64,000 nucleotides of DNA, taken from positions 1,523 through 65,522 of the forward strand of contig JAQTOY010000001.1 of the NCBI GenBank assembly GCA_028713045.1. The letters are read 5' to 3'. Of the stretch, positions 19,940 to 31,869 are shown one piece after another; the first letter of the stretch is position 1, and each line of letters opens with the position of its first letter. This stretch comes from Candidatus Nanoarchaeia archaeon (GTDB lineage Archaea; Nanobdellota; Nanobdellia; Pacearchaeales; GW2011-AR1). A program made the translations under genes and the position numbers. The notes under the pieces are model-generated. The model had not been told where the DNA came from. It did not search any database and saw only the letters and a list, made by a program, of their open reading frames with translations.

Positions 19940-20083
19940 ATGACTGAAGCATATTGCGTTAAATGTAAGAAAACAGTTACAATGAAGGACGGAAAAGAGT
20001 CAAAGACGAAAAGAGGAACAACTATGATGAAAGGAAAATGTCCTAATTGTGGAACTACTGTCTGCAGAATAGGCGGTAAATAA
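19940..20083 (+). CDS. small zinc-ribbon protein (47 aa)
   Basis: MTEAYCVKCKK...KCPNCGTTVCRIGGK carries two CxxC pairs; strong SD aaggagg lies 7 nt upstream; not in the ORF track (<60 aa). Confidence 0.5.
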   Translation: MTEAYCVKCKKTVTMKDGKESKTKRGTTMMKGKCPNCGTTVCRIGGK

Positions 20084-20110
20084 ATTTATTTAAATTTTAT
20101 ATTTTTTATT

Positions 20111-20407
20111 ATGCAATTAAAGATTCATGAGGCTTATAGAAAGATTGTTGCTTTGGCTGATACTAGTTTAATTGGTAAAACATTCTCAGAGGGAATTAAA
20201 CAGATAGAGATTAAACCTGGTTTTTTCCAGGGAGAGGAAAAATCCCAAAAAGAGGTCTTGAAAATATTAAAAGACATGGAAAAAGAAGATGCTACTTTTA
20301 ATATAGTTGGCAAAGAAGCAATTGAAACCGCTATTGAGGCAAGAATAATCTCAAAAAACGGAATAATTGAAATTGACGGGATTCCCATTGCCTTGGGATT
20401 GATGTAG
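20111..20407 (+). CDS. DUF424-like archaeal protein
   Basis: 98 aa; pattern (LIGKTF...KEAIETAIEARII...IDGIPIA) resembles the archaeal DUF424 family. Confidence 0.45.
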   Translation: MQLKIHEAYRKIVALADTSLIGKTFSEGIKQIEIKPGFFQGEEKSQKEVLKILKDMEKEDATFNIVGKEAIETAIEARIISKNGIIEIDGIPIALGLM

Positions 20408-20495
20408 GAATATATTCTAGATTAAATAAACTTTTATTAATCAAATTGCAAAAAATCATCAGTACATTTAAAAACAATCTTTCTTTTAATCTTTC

Positions 20496-20849
20496 ATGCA
20501 AAAATTTAAAGATAAATCCAAAAAAAATAAAGGATTTGCTCCTCAACAAGCACCACAGGAATTTACAAGAGTCCGAATTCCAAGAAATAAAGAGGTTATA
20601 GGAATAGTTGAACAAAGAGTTGGAGCAAACAGGATGATTGTAAAATGCCTGGATGAAAAAGAAAGAAATTGCAGGATTCCGGGTTCTTTGAGAAGAACTT
20701 TATGGATAAGGCCTGGTGATACAGTAATTGTTGAGCCATGGGAATTTGAGGGAGATACAAGAGGGGATATATTATTCAAATACACGCCGGCAGCAATAGA
20801 ATGGCTGAAAAGAAAAGGGTTTATCAAAGAAACTAAAAATGAGTTCTGA
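20496..20849 (+). CDS. eif1a: translation initiation factor 1A (aIF-1A)
   Basis: S1-like OB fold: RVRIPRNKEVIGIVEQRVGANRMIVKCLDEKERNCRIPGSLRRTLWIRPGD. Confidence 0.9.
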   Translation: MQKFKDKSKKNKGFAPQQAPQEFTRVRIPRNKEVIGIVEQRVGANRMIVKCLDEKERNCRIPGSLRRTLWIRPGDTVIVEPWEFEGDTRGDILFKYTPAAIEWLKRKGFIKETKNEF

Positions 20850-20912
20850 TAGAAATAATTAAAAACTTTAATGAATTAATTTTAGTCTGTACTTATCTCA
20901 ATAAAATTTAAA

Positions 20913-21455
20913 ATGACACAAGAAATCTACATTGAAACCATCCCGCAGGTAATTGCTAATAAGAAAAAGCTTGAGAAAGAATTGGATGTTAAAATAACGA
21001 ACAAAGGAAAGCTTGTATTTGTGGAGGGAGAAGGGGATAAGGAATATATTGCATTAAAGGTTCTTGAAGCAATCAACCTGGATTTTTCAGTTCAAAGGGC
21101 TCTTTTATTAAAAGATGAAAATGTTATTCTTCAGGTCATGCACATAAAAGATATTACAAAAAGAAAAGATTTGCATGTGATAAAATCAAGGATAATCGGA
21201 ACAAGCGGAAAAACCTTGAAAAATCTTTGTCATTTGACTGATTGTTTGGTTTCTCTAAAAGATAATGAAATAGGAATAATTGGAGAAGCTGACTTTATTG
21301 AATTTGCAATTCAGGCATTAACATCTTTGATTAAAGGCAGCAAACAAGCTAATGTTTATGCAAGGCTTGAACGGGAAAAAAAGAACCGAAGATTAAACCC
21401 CAAAAGTTATCAGAGTTTTAAAAACGAATTGGATAGAGAATTAAGAAAATTCTAG
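20913..21455 (+). CDS. KH-domain RNA-binding protein (Dim2/Pno1-like)
   Basis: Two KH-like segments (IIGTSGKTLKNL, IIGEADFIEFAIQAL); 180 aa. Confidence 0.55.
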   Translation: MTQEIYIETIPQVIANKKKLEKELDVKITNKGKLVFVEGEGDKEYIALKVLEAINLDFSVQRALLLKDENVILQVMHIKDITKRKDLHVIKSRIIGTSGKTLKNLCHLTDCLVSLKDNEIGIIGEADFIEFAIQALTSLIKGSKQANVYARLEREKKNRRLNPKSYQSFKNELDRELRKF

Positions 21456-21499
21456 GAACAAATACTTTTAAATATACTATTTTTCTAAAGTTTGTATGA

Positions 21500-21572
21500 G
21501 TCCCTGTAGCTCAGCTGGTAGAGCATTCGACTGTTAATCGAAGGGTCGGAGGTCCGAGTCCTCCCGGGGACG
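21500..21572 (+). tRNA. tRNA-Asn(GTT)
   Basis: Cloverleaf: acceptor gtccctg/cggggac, D-arm gctcagctggtagagc, anticodon stem ttcga/tcgaa with loop ctGTTaa, T-arm ggagg-tccgagt-cctcc, discriminator g. Confidence 0.9.
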
Positions 21573-21600
21573 TAACCTTTTTATACTTTTAAAGGATTAT

Positions 21601-21783
21601 TTGTTTATGGTTGATACAAATCCTTTTTCAATGACAAATGTTTTCGGGGGAGTATTTGAACCCTTTAAAAGCTGGGCTCTTCCAGTTGGAATAATCCTGA
21701 TACTAATAGTAATTTTTTTAATAATTAAATCTATACAGAAAAAAAATTCTGAAAGAAATATAGATTTGATTAGAAGAGGGTGA
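21601..21783 (+). CDS. small membrane protein, hypothetical
   Basis: 60 aa with one TM helix. Confidence 0.25.
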   Translation: MFMVDTNPFSMTNVFGGVFEPFKSWALPVGIILILIVIFLIIKSIQKKNSERNIDLIRRG

Positions 21784-21823
21784 AAATCAAAACCCTTTTA
21801 TACTTCTGTTAATTGATTTAATT

Positions 21824-22393
21824 ATGGAATTCAATGAAGTTATAAAAAAACGAGCATCTGTAAGAAATTATGGTACTAAAAAACCGGATGTGGAATTAGT
21901 GATAAAAGCAATAGAATCTTCAAATTTGGCGCCTTCTCCTGGAAATCTTAATATAATAAAATGGATAATTGTTGAGGATAAACAAAAGATTGAGAAAATT
22001 GCAGAAGCTTCCCAGCAGGAATTCATAAAACAATCGCAGATTTTGGTTGTTTTTTGTTCAGATCCAAAAAAAGCAGAATCTATTTATGATGACCGAGCAG
22101 ATAGATATGTAAAACAGCATGCAGGAGCTGCAATTGAAAATTTCCTTTTAAAAATAACTGAGTCAGGATTATCTGCGTGCTGGATAGGCGCTTATGTTGA
22201 TGAAAGCATAAGAGCAATTCTAGGAATTCCTGAAAATATTGAAGTAGAGGCGGTTTTTCCAATTGGCTATCAGGCAAAATTATGTAAAACCAAGCAAAAA
22301 CAAAAAGTGTCTATTTTTGAAAGAGTCTTCTTTGAAAAATGGAATAATAAGTATCATTTTCCTCTTGAAAAAGTCAGAAGAGAGGATATTTAG
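21824..22393 (+). CDS. nitroreductase family protein
   Basis: RASVRNY...PSPGNLN pattern typical of the NADH/FMN nitroreductase fold. Confidence 0.7.
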   Translation: MEFNEVIKKRASVRNYGTKKPDVELVIKAIESSNLAPSPGNLNIIKWIIVEDKQKIEKIAEASQQEFIKQSQILVVFCSDPKKAESIYDDRADRYVKQHAGAAIENFLLKITESGLSACWIGAYVDESIRAILGIPENIEVEAVFPIGYQAKLCKTKQKQKVSIFERVFFEKWNNKYHFPLEKVRREDI

Positions 22394-22722
22394 TATAACT
22401 TTACTCCAACTGGAGCATCTTTATCTGGTTTAATTAAAAGACATTCCTTATTTTTATCTGGAACTCCTAAAGTTAGAACTTCGGATAAAACTTGACCTAT
22501 TTGCCTTGGTGGAAAATTAACAACACAAAGAACTAATTTTTCTTTTAAATCTTCTTTTTTATAATTTTTAACAATCTGGACACTTGATTTTTTAATTCCT
22601 ATTTCATTTCCAAAATCTATTGTTAGTTTATATGCAGGTTTCTTTGCTTCTGGAAAATCTTCAACATATATAATCTTACCAACCCTAATATCCAGTTTTT
22701 GAAAATCTTCAAATGTTGCCAT
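22390..22722 (-). CDS. tRNA-binding protein (CsaA/Trbp111, EMAP-II-like OB)
   Basis: MATFEDFQKLDIRVGKII...FPEAKKPAYKL is typical of tRNA_bind domains. Confidence 0.8.
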   Translation of the reverse strand: MATFEDFQKLDIRVGKIIYVEDFPEAKKPAYKLTIDFGNEIGIKKSSVQIVKNYKKEDLKEKLVLCVVNFPPRQIGQVLSEVLTLGVPDKNKECLLIKPDKDAPVGVKLY

Positions 22723-22723
22723 G

Positions 22724-23497
22724 TTATCTTTGCGAATAATACCTGTCTAATTCAAAATAAGAACAACCGCTACCTCTGTATCTTTCTTGGCTCATTCTGT
22801 ATTGCCTTTGGCGACCATTCTCACGCCATTCATCTGCTAAATCTTTTCTTCCAGCCTTTGCAAATAATTTTGCAGCTTTGTTAAAGAATTTATTGCCTTT
22901 TGCATTATCTCTACTCCTAATAGCATATGATCCTGCTCTTATGTACCAATCCGCAATATCACAGAGATCTGTTTGTTGCCTAGCAAAATAAACTGCAAAT
23001 TTGCATGCATCATTAGGCTTTCCGGCAAGAGCAGCCATATTTGATGCAAATTTATAATTTCTTGACCTACGAAAATAATCAAAAGCCCTTTTTTCAAGTC
23101 TTTCGTCTATAAATTTAAACGCTCTTTCAGCCCCATAATTAAACATACAAATATCATGGCTTGTGAAAGCCGGATGAATTTCATTTCTATAAAAACATGC
23201 CCTATAAATAAAAAAAGCAAATGCTTCTTCAAGATTCTCATCTTTTTCACTATCAAAAGAATATATTACTTCTCTAACTTCCGGCGAGTTCATTAATTCT
23301 GGTTCTATTGATTCTTTTAGTCTTGAGACTAAATTTCTATCTAAAGGATTAATTTGATTAGCTAAAAAGGGTATTACTCTAGCAACTAATTCTGAATGTT
23401 CTTTTTCAGCTTTCCTTCTACCTTCATCCCATTTTCTATTGTATTCTTTCCAAAATTCATCTGAAAATAAACTTGGAGGTTTTATTTGGTTAGTCAT
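22724..23497 (-). CDS. hypothetical protein
   Basis: 257 aa, no recognised motif. Confidence 0.35.
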   Translation of the reverse strand: MTNQIKPPSLFSDEFWKEYNRKWDEGRRKAEKEHSELVARVIPFLANQINPLDRNLVSRLKESIEPELMNSPEVREVIYSFDSEKDENLEEAFAFFIYRACFYRNEIHPAFTSHDICMFNYGAERAFKFIDERLEKRAFDYFRRSRNYKFASNMAALAGKPNDACKFAVYFARQQTDLCDIADWYIRAGSYAIRSRDNAKGNKFFNKAAKLFAKAGRKDLADEWRENGRQRQYRMSQERYRGSGCSYFELDRYYSQR

Positions 23498-23616
23498 ATT
23501 TTTCTATTCTCACAGAACTCTTTTTCCCTTAGGATGACTAATCCTAGAAAAAATCTTTTATTTAATTTATACCGAACAGGTTCGGCTTTTAGAATTTAGA
23601 TTTAATATTCTTAGAT

Positions 23617-24288
23617 TTATTGTTTGATATTTTCTTCAATTATGATAGGAAGAAGTTTTAATTCAGCTTTTCTTAAATGCTCTTGAAAAGTTGATTTTGC
23701 AATACCAGAAAATTTAGCTAATTTTTGTATTGTAATCTTTCTTGGATAATTATAATATCCATTTTTATATGCGATTTCAACAGCTTTTTTTTGCTCTTTT
23801 GAAAGTGAAGGAGAAAGTACTGGAAATCTTATTTCATTAATATCTGATTGTTCTAATCGCATAATCTCACATCCATCCATATGCTTTTCTTCTTCTTTAA
23901 TAAATTTTTCAAGAATTTTTCTGTTCCATGCGGCAATTTCCCAATATTCGTGCCCGTCAAAATGATTAACAGTGGGTTTTACAAAAAATATTTGATGATT
24001 ATAATATAGCATCACATGTTCTCCTTTTTTTCCAAGATTAATTTCATAAACAAAATTATCTCTAGAAACTTCAACTTTTGTTATTCTTTTGTCAGACCTT
24101 AAATCTTTAATAAACGCTTTTTTTGCTTTTTCATCACTGCATTGAAAATAACAAATAGTAGTGGCGTATTTGTTTCCATTTCTTTCATACCAAATACTTG
24201 GATAAGAAAGAACAATTAGATTAAATTTAATGCATCTATTAACAATCGGGCAATCATTATGATAAAGCTTTAATTTTGTAATCCACAT
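23617..24288 (-). CDS. HTH_10 (Bat-type) family transcriptional regulator
   Basis: C-terminal LSKEQKKAVEIAYKNGYYNYPRKITIQKLAKFSGIAKSTFQEHLRKAELKLL matches the HTH_10 helix-turn-helix. Confidence 0.6.
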   Translation of the reverse strand: MWITKLKLYHNDCPIVNRCIKFNLIVLSYPSIWYERNGNKYATTICYFQCSDEKAKKAFIKDLRSDKRITKVEVSRDNFVYEINLGKKGEHVMLYYNHQIFFVKPTVNHFDGHEYWEIAAWNRKILEKFIKEEEKHMDGCEIMRLEQSDINEIRFPVLSPSLSKEQKKAVEIAYKNGYYNYPRKITIQKLAKFSGIAKSTFQEHLRKAELKLLPIIIEENIKQ

Positions 24289-24347
24289 AAGAATTAGGAT
24301 AATTTTAAGTATTTAATTTTTAGTAAATCTATATTTTAAGAAAGAAT

Positions 24348-24638
24348 TTAATCTTCTCTTTTAACCGTCAAGTCTACTAATTCTAATCTTTGTCTTCTTT
24401 TAACTTCTTCCATAGCGGAATCTGCAACTTCTCTTGTTCTTTTAAGAAGCCTTTGATCTGTGGATTCCCTGTCTGCAGCATTTCTATGATCAGAAATACC
24501 ATAAACTTTCCACCTATCTCTTTGCGTAGATCCAAATCTTTCCTCTAGTAAATAATGTTTATCTAATTCTCTGGCAGTTACTTCATAAACAACCTTTCTT
24601 CGTTCTAATAGTCCACTTGAGAAACTCGGTAACCCCAT
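24348..24638 (-). CDS. hypothetical small basic protein
   Basis: 96 aa, R-rich, GC-richer than its surroundings. Confidence 0.3.
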   Translation of the reverse strand: MGLPSFSSGLLERRKVVYEVTARELDKHYLLEERFGSTQRDRWKVYGISDHRNAADRESTDQRLLKRTREVADSAMEEVKRRQRLELVDLTVKRED

Positions 24639-24798
24639 TTTTCGGGTTCTTGAATTTCTAAAGGTTCAATTCTTATTTCCATAAAATAATCTTCCAATAA
24701 TCCTTTATAAACATTTATATTATATTTTTTTAAGAATATAAAAAACACCCCTCAAAAAACAAAGGGGCAAATAAATTGATATAATTAATTTAACTAAT

Positions 24799-25893
24799 CT
24801 ACCATCTATCTCGTACGACTTCAATTCCGAATTCTGAGAATTCAGAGGCAGCGCCTCTTGACTCAGTTTCTCTGAATCTTTGTTTTCCTAAGATATATGG
24901 GCTTGATACACCAGTCATGATTGTAATAACTCGGACTTTTCCCTCAAATTCTTTGTTAATTCTAGCTCCGATAATAACCTGAGCTTCAGGAGATATGTTG
25001 TCTGTTACAAGTTTACCTATTTGGCTGAATTCTTCAAGTTTCATGTCCGGACCGCATGTGATATGGATTAAAGCTCCGTTGGCACCTTTGTAGTCCACGT
25101 CTAACAATGGATGTGTTAAAGCCTGCCTTACAGCTTCATTTACCCTATCACTAGAGTCTGCTTCACCAATTCCGATAACAGCTACTTCTCCTTTTTTCAT
25201 TATTGAGGATACGTCTGCATAGTCTAAGTTGATTAAAGATGGAAGAGTGATTGTTTCAACAATTCCTTTTATCATTGTACTTATTAATTCATTTGCAACA
25301 GCAAAAGCTTGTTGAATAGGCAATTGTCCTGCAATATCAACAAGTCTGTTGTTATCAATAACAATAACTGTGTCAGAATTGTCTCTTAATTCTTGCAATC
25401 CAAACTCTGCCTTGTCAATTCTTGCTTTCTCACATTCAAAAGGCATTGTAACAACTCCAATAACTACTGAACCTGTTTCTTTTGACATTTGAGCTACAAC
25501 TGGCATTGCTCCTGTTCCTGTTCCGCCGCCTTCTCCGCCTAATATGAAAATCATATCTGCTCCAGAGACAGCTTTCTTTATTTCTGAAAGAGATTCTTTT
25601 GCAGCTTCTCTTCCAACTTCTGCCTTTCCACCTGCACCAAGACCTCTTGTAAGTTCCTTACCAATAAGAATCTTATCATCAGCCTTTGTGATGCTTAAGT
25701 GTAATGCATCAGTGTTCATTCCATAAACAGTTGCTCCATTAATGCCCTTGTTGAATAACCAAGTGACCGCGTTGCATCCTGCTCCTCCACAACCGAAAAC
25801 TTTAATGTTAGCTTTTCCAGCTTTCAAATCATCAAAGTTTATACTATGTGTATCGATATTTTCTATCGCTTCTTTTGCAAAGTCTAAAACCAT
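24799..25893 (-). CDS. ftsZ: cell division GTPase FtsZ
   Basis: Tubulin/FtsZ signature GGEGGGTGTGAMPVVA; GCGGAG nucleotide-binding N-terminus. Confidence 0.9.
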   Translation of the reverse strand: MVLDFAKEAIENIDTHSINFDDLKAGKANIKVFGCGGAGCNAVTWLFNKGINGATVYGMNTDALHLSITKADDKILIGKELTRGLGAGGKAEVGREAAKESLSEIKKAVSGADMIFILGGEGGGTGTGAMPVVAQMSKETGSVVIGVVTMPFECEKARIDKAEFGLQELRDNSDTVIVIDNNRLVDIAGQLPIQQAFAVANELISTMIKGIVETITLPSLINLDYADVSSIMKKGEVAVIGIGEADSSDRVNEAVRQALTHPLLDVDYKGANGALIHITCGPDMKLEEFSQIGKLVTDNISPEAQVIIGARINKEFEGKVRVITIMTGVSSPYILGKQRFRETESRGAASEFSEFGIEVVRDRW

Positions 25894-26226
25894 TTTTTTT
25901 ACCTCCTTTCATTACTTTTAAGCAATACCAAACAATTTAAATATTCGGGTTTCTCTCTATAAAATAAGGAGTAAACTAATAACTAAGAAAAGCTTTTTAA
26001 TTCACCTTTTTTAATCAATTTTAATCTCTGCAAAGATTAAAATTGTTTTTTTCTTTTGAATTTATAAAAATTATTACAATTCTTTCTTTAAAAACATTTC
26101 TCATGACAGAAATATGTAATGAATTGTATATGTTAGGTTAAAAAAACAATGATTTCAGATAGAAAAAATTCCGTCAATAATCTTGTCCTGTTTTAACTAG
26201 CGGATACATTGTCTGAATTTTTATGG

Positions 26227-26270
26227 TGTTAACTACTTATATGTTCGGGATTTTAATCCAAAGTAGTTAA
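26227..26270. terminator. 11-bp perfect inverted repeat spanning the taw3 stop codon
   Basis: gttaactactt...aagtagttaac with a 22-nt loop. Confidence 0.35.
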
Positions 26271-26840
26271 CATTAAAGAATTCAATTTTTCTATTTTTTT
26301 CCAGGTCAATTCAAGTTTTTTGTTGGCCTCTTTGACTAAAAATTTTAAATAGTTGTCATCAACAAGGACTTCCCCATTGTTAATGATAGGGAGACTAATA
26401 TTTTCGGCACTTATTAATTCAATTATCAATCTTTTGTCAGTTGAGATTATTCCAGATTTTTTCCATCCATTGTTTCTTGCTATGTCAAACAATTTTTTTT
26501 GTGATTCTGAATTTCTGCATGAGACAACTAACAAACAAGGTTCTTGCTTGAAATAGACAATTCCTGAATCATCTTTGGCAAATTTTGAATTCTCTAATTG
26601 TAATTTCAATTCCCCAAAACTAGTTTTTTCATGAGTTCTCCAAAGAAACAATCCTGGAAGTTTTTTTGTATTATCCTTTACAAGAGTTATTCTTCCAGAA
26701 CAGCTACTTGTTGTATAATAATCCTTCATTGAATTTATCTTATCACATAAACTTTTTATTTTTTCATCAGTATCTCCGATGCTACTTTTGTCTTTCTTTC
26801 CTAAAACATCTTGCTTGTATTTATCAAATGATGTTACCAT
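26253..26840 (-). CDS. taw3: tRNA wybutosine-synthesizing protein 3 (Taw3/TYW3 methyltransferase)
   Basis: TSSCSGRI motif characteristic of the TYW3 family; 195 aa. Confidence 0.7.
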   Translation of the reverse strand: MVTSFDKYKQDVLGKKDKSSIGDTDEKIKSLCDKINSMKDYYTTSSCSGRITLVKDNTKKLPGLFLWRTHEKTSFGELKLQLENSKFAKDDSGIVYFKQEPCLLVVSCRNSESQKKLFDIARNNGWKKSGIISTDKRLIIELISAENISLPIINNGEVLVDDNYLKFLVKEANKKLELTWKKIEKLNSLMLTTLD

Positions 26841-26891
26841 AGAAAAATTAAAATAAAGAGATTTTTAAACTCTTTTCTTCTCACTACATAA

Positions 26892-27941
26892 ATGGAAACC
26901 CCCTATTTCCTATTCAAACCAAAAATTCTTGTTCAAAATTATTTGGAATTTGAAAACCTTTGCCAAAGATGCTTTCCTAGTTTTAAGATATGCTACTCAG
27001 TAAAAACTAATAGTTTTTCAGGAGTGATTAAGACTCTTACAAAATTAGGGAGCAGTTTTGAGGTTGCTTCTTTAAATGAGATGAAATTGGTTCCAAAGAA
27101 ATTTGTTGTTTTTAATGGTCCCTGTAAAACAGAAGAAGAACTGAAAATAGCAATTAAAAATAAATTTCTTATTAATGTTGATTCTAAATCAGAGATAAAT
27201 AAGATTTACAACTTGGCAAGAGGAAATAACTTGGAGATTGGTTTAAGGGTTTCTTTTAAAGAATCAAAATTTGGTTTTGATGAAAAACAATTAATAGATA
27301 TGGTTGATTATGCTGTTTCTAAAAATCTTTCTGTATCCTGCATACATTTTCATCAGGGAACTCAGATGAATCTTTCCGAATACAAAGCTAATTTAGACAA
27401 GCTTTCAATATTCATTTATTTTCTTGATAAAAAAGGGATAAAATTAAAATATATAGATATTGGAGGAGGTTTTCCAGATAAAGTACAATTAAAAAATCTG
27501 AGTTTAAACTTGGAGAATTATTTTAATGCTATAAATCAATATCTCAGTAAATTTAATTTGACAATAATTCTAGAACCTGGAAGAAATTTGGTTTGCGATG
27601 CATTTGAATTAATAACTCAGGTGAATGTAATAAAGGAGAATTTTGGAAGGACTTATGCTGTTTTGGATGCTGGAATCAATCTACTGCCAAAAATAACACT
27701 TTCAACTTATAAATTTTCAAAGTTAAATAAAGAAAATTTAAATCCAAAAAATAAAACCTCTCAAAGAGGCGAATATATTTTAGCTGGACCTTTGCTTTTT
27801 TCCAATGATATTTTAGGAAAATTCTTTGGAAATTTAAAAGAAGGTGATTTAATAAAGATAGAGAATGTTGGAGCTTACTGCTATAATCTGGCATGGGAAT
27901 TGAGCTACAAGAAGCCGCGGATTGTGGCTGAGAAAAATTAA
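26892..27941 (+). CDS. PLP-dependent decarboxylase, fold type III (Orn/DAP/Arg decarboxylase family)
   Basis: KICYSVKTNS (Lys-PLP region), EVASLNE, GGGF and C-terminal beta-domain pattern. Confidence 0.7.
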   Translation: METPYFLFKPKILVQNYLEFENLCQRCFPSFKICYSVKTNSFSGVIKTLTKLGSSFEVASLNEMKLVPKKFVVFNGPCKTEEELKIAIKNKFLINVDSKSEINKIYNLARGNNLEIGLRVSFKESKFGFDEKQLIDMVDYAVSKNLSVSCIHFHQGTQMNLSEYKANLDKLSIFIYFLDKKGIKLKYIDIGGGFPDKVQLKNLSLNLENYFNAINQYLSKFNLTIILEPGRNLVCDAFELITQVNVIKENFGRTYAVLDAGINLLPKITLSTYKFSKLNKENLNPKNKTSQRGEYILAGPLLFSNDILGKFFGNLKEGDLIKIENVGAYCYNLAWELSYKKPRIVAEKN

Positions 27942-27966
27942 TAAATCCTAATAATATACAAATAAA

Positions 27967-28620
27967 ATGACAAGAGTTTGTTTAATAGGTCCGGGAGATG
28001 TTGAATATCATTATCAAGAATTATTGGGATTTTCTAAAGGAAAATTAGATTCTGAATTAGAAAAAATAGCTCAGAGTCTTGTAGACTCTGATTCTGAATT
28101 GACTTTTTTACCTGATGGAGGCGTTTCTTTGGAAGTTGCAAAAAAATTCAGAGCTTTAGGAGGAAAGAAAATTATTGGATTAGTTCCTTTAAGCGATAAA
28201 CATCCGGGAATAGGGCATTTGAGACAATATATGGATACAAGCGTTGATGGAAAACCTTTGTTTGATGAATTTATTGATACGGGAGATTGGGCAAAACATG
28301 ATTTGACCATGGCTTTGTTTGGAGATGTTGTTTTATTTTTAGGAAAAAGCCCTGGAACAGAAGGAGAAAGAAATTATGGGATTTATATGTATAAAATAGT
28401 TACAGGAAGAAAAAAAGGAGTTAAGCAGCCAATAGAAACAATTCATGCTCAAGCAAGAGCAGGAAAGAATTTTCCTTATACTATAATGATATATTCCCTA
28501 TTTTTAGCTGATAAAAAATTATCTCCTGAGGATGAAGCTTATATGAAAAAATTTGGTATTAATTTATCTTATATTATCAGCCCAGAAAATTTGAAAAAAG
28601 AATTGAAAAAATTGCTTTAA
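27967..28620 (+). CDS. Rossmann-fold SLOG/LOG-like protein
   Basis: LIGPGDV...GKSPGTEGE resembles the LOG PGGxGTxxE motif; 217 aa. Confidence 0.35.
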   Translation: MTRVCLIGPGDVEYHYQELLGFSKGKLDSELEKIAQSLVDSDSELTFLPDGGVSLEVAKKFRALGGKKIIGLVPLSDKHPGIGHLRQYMDTSVDGKPLFDEFIDTGDWAKHDLTMALFGDVVLFLGKSPGTEGERNYGIYMYKIVTGRKKGVKQPIETIHAQARAGKNFPYTIMIYSLFLADKKLSPEDEAYMKKFGINLSYIISPENLKKELKKLL

Positions 28621-29481
28621 TCAAAAAATTTTTGTATCAATCACATAATGGTCCATTTTAGGAGCATAACCTTTGACTCTTTTTGCTAGAAGTAACTTTG
28701 CTTTAAATCCTTCAACAGCAGCTGCATCTGAAATTAGATTCATTGCTTTTTCAACATCTTCATCAACATGCTCGGTTCTTATCAAATCTTCATAGTGCAG
28801 AAAACCATTTTTCTTTATTATTTTCATTGCAAATGGTAAAAATTCTTTTGGAGGAGGCAGATAACCCATTAAAACCCTGTCTGTTTTAATGCCCTTTTCA
28901 ACTAATTTTAGAACCTCTTCTTTGGAATCTCCGTTTATTGTTTCAACAATATTTTCTATCTTGTTCAAGATTATATTTTCCTTTAAAAATTTAAAAGAAA
29001 CAGGGTTTAATTCAATTGCATATATTTTTTTAGGTTTTCCTAATTTTGCATTAGGAACTGTGAAATAGCCTATACCAGCAAACATATCCACAATCACTTC
29101 ATTATGCTTAATTTGCTTTGCAATCCTTACTCTTTCAGAAAGATTGCCTTTCGCAAACATAACCTTCTTTATATCAAATTTATAATAACATCCATTCTCA
29201 AAATGAGTAACTATTGTGTTCTTATCTCCTGCAACAACCGAGATTTGAGGTTCCCTGAACTTTCCAGTTATTCCTCCTTCTTTAATGCAAACACTCCGGA
29301 CTTTAAAGTTATCTAAAACGATTTTCCCTATTTCCTTTTTATATCTTAAAACTTCTTCATTTAAGTTCAATATGATTATATCTCCGATTCTCTGGAATCC
29401 TGAAGGAAGATATTGAAGTTTATCTTTATCAATCTTGTCTTTTAACTTATCAATTAAAATCTGTTTGAATGTCATGAACAA
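28621..29481 (-). CDS. trm5: tRNA (guanine37-N1)-methyltransferase Trm5/Taw2 family
   Basis: Met-10+ like: VVDMFAGIGYFTVP, KIYAIELNP and a SAM-binding fold. Confidence 0.8.
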   Translation of the reverse strand: MFMTFKQILIDKLKDKIDKDKLQYLPSGFQRIGDIIILNLNEEVLRYKKEIGKIVLDNFKVRSVCIKEGGITGKFREPQISVVAGDKNTIVTHFENGCYYKFDIKKVMFAKGNLSERVRIAKQIKHNEVIVDMFAGIGYFTVPNAKLGKPKKIYAIELNPVSFKFLKENIILNKIENIVETINGDSKEEVLKLVEKGIKTDRVLMGYLPPPKEFLPFAMKIIKKNGFLHYEDLIRTEHVDEDVEKAMNLISDAAAVEGFKAKLLLAKRVKGYAPKMDHYVIDTKIF

Positions 29482-29598
29482 TTAACAAAATTAAAGGTTT
29501 TAAGGGTTTCTTTTTTAATCGGGTTTCCAATCATCACAGAAAATTTTAAATACCCTTTTAATGAATATTTTTTATATAAATTTATATAATAATTTAAA

Positions 29599-29874
29599 AT
29601 GTCAATAAAACCTCTTGGAGAAAGAATTCTCATTAAGCCAATAAAAACAGAAGAAAGAACTAAGGGCGGTATTTATATTCCAGAATCTGCAAAGGAAAAT
29701 CAAAAACAAGGACAAGTTATTGAATTTGGAAACAGCAAAACACAGGAGATTGGACTTAAAAAAGGAGATATAGTCATTTACGGCGGTTATTCACATGAAG
29801 AGATTGAAATCAACAAGGAAAAGTTTATAATCGTTGAATTAAAGGATGTTTTAGCAAGGGTGGAGGAAAATTAA
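29599..29874 (+). CDS. groES: co-chaperonin GroES
   Basis: MSIKPLGERILIKPIKTEERTKGGIYIP matches the Cpn10 mobile loop and roof. Confidence 0.9.
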   Translation: MSIKPLGERILIKPIKTEERTKGGIYIPESAKENQKQGQVIEFGNSKTQEIGLKKGDIVIYGGYSHEEIEINKEKFIIVELKDVLARVEEN

Positions 29875-29875
29875 A

Positions 29876-31790
<1,915 letters not shown>

Positions 31791-31869
31791 TTCCTTGTTT
31801 TTAAGAATTCTTGAATATTTTTAAATAGAATATCTAAACATTTATAAGAAATAATTAGTTCATTTAATT

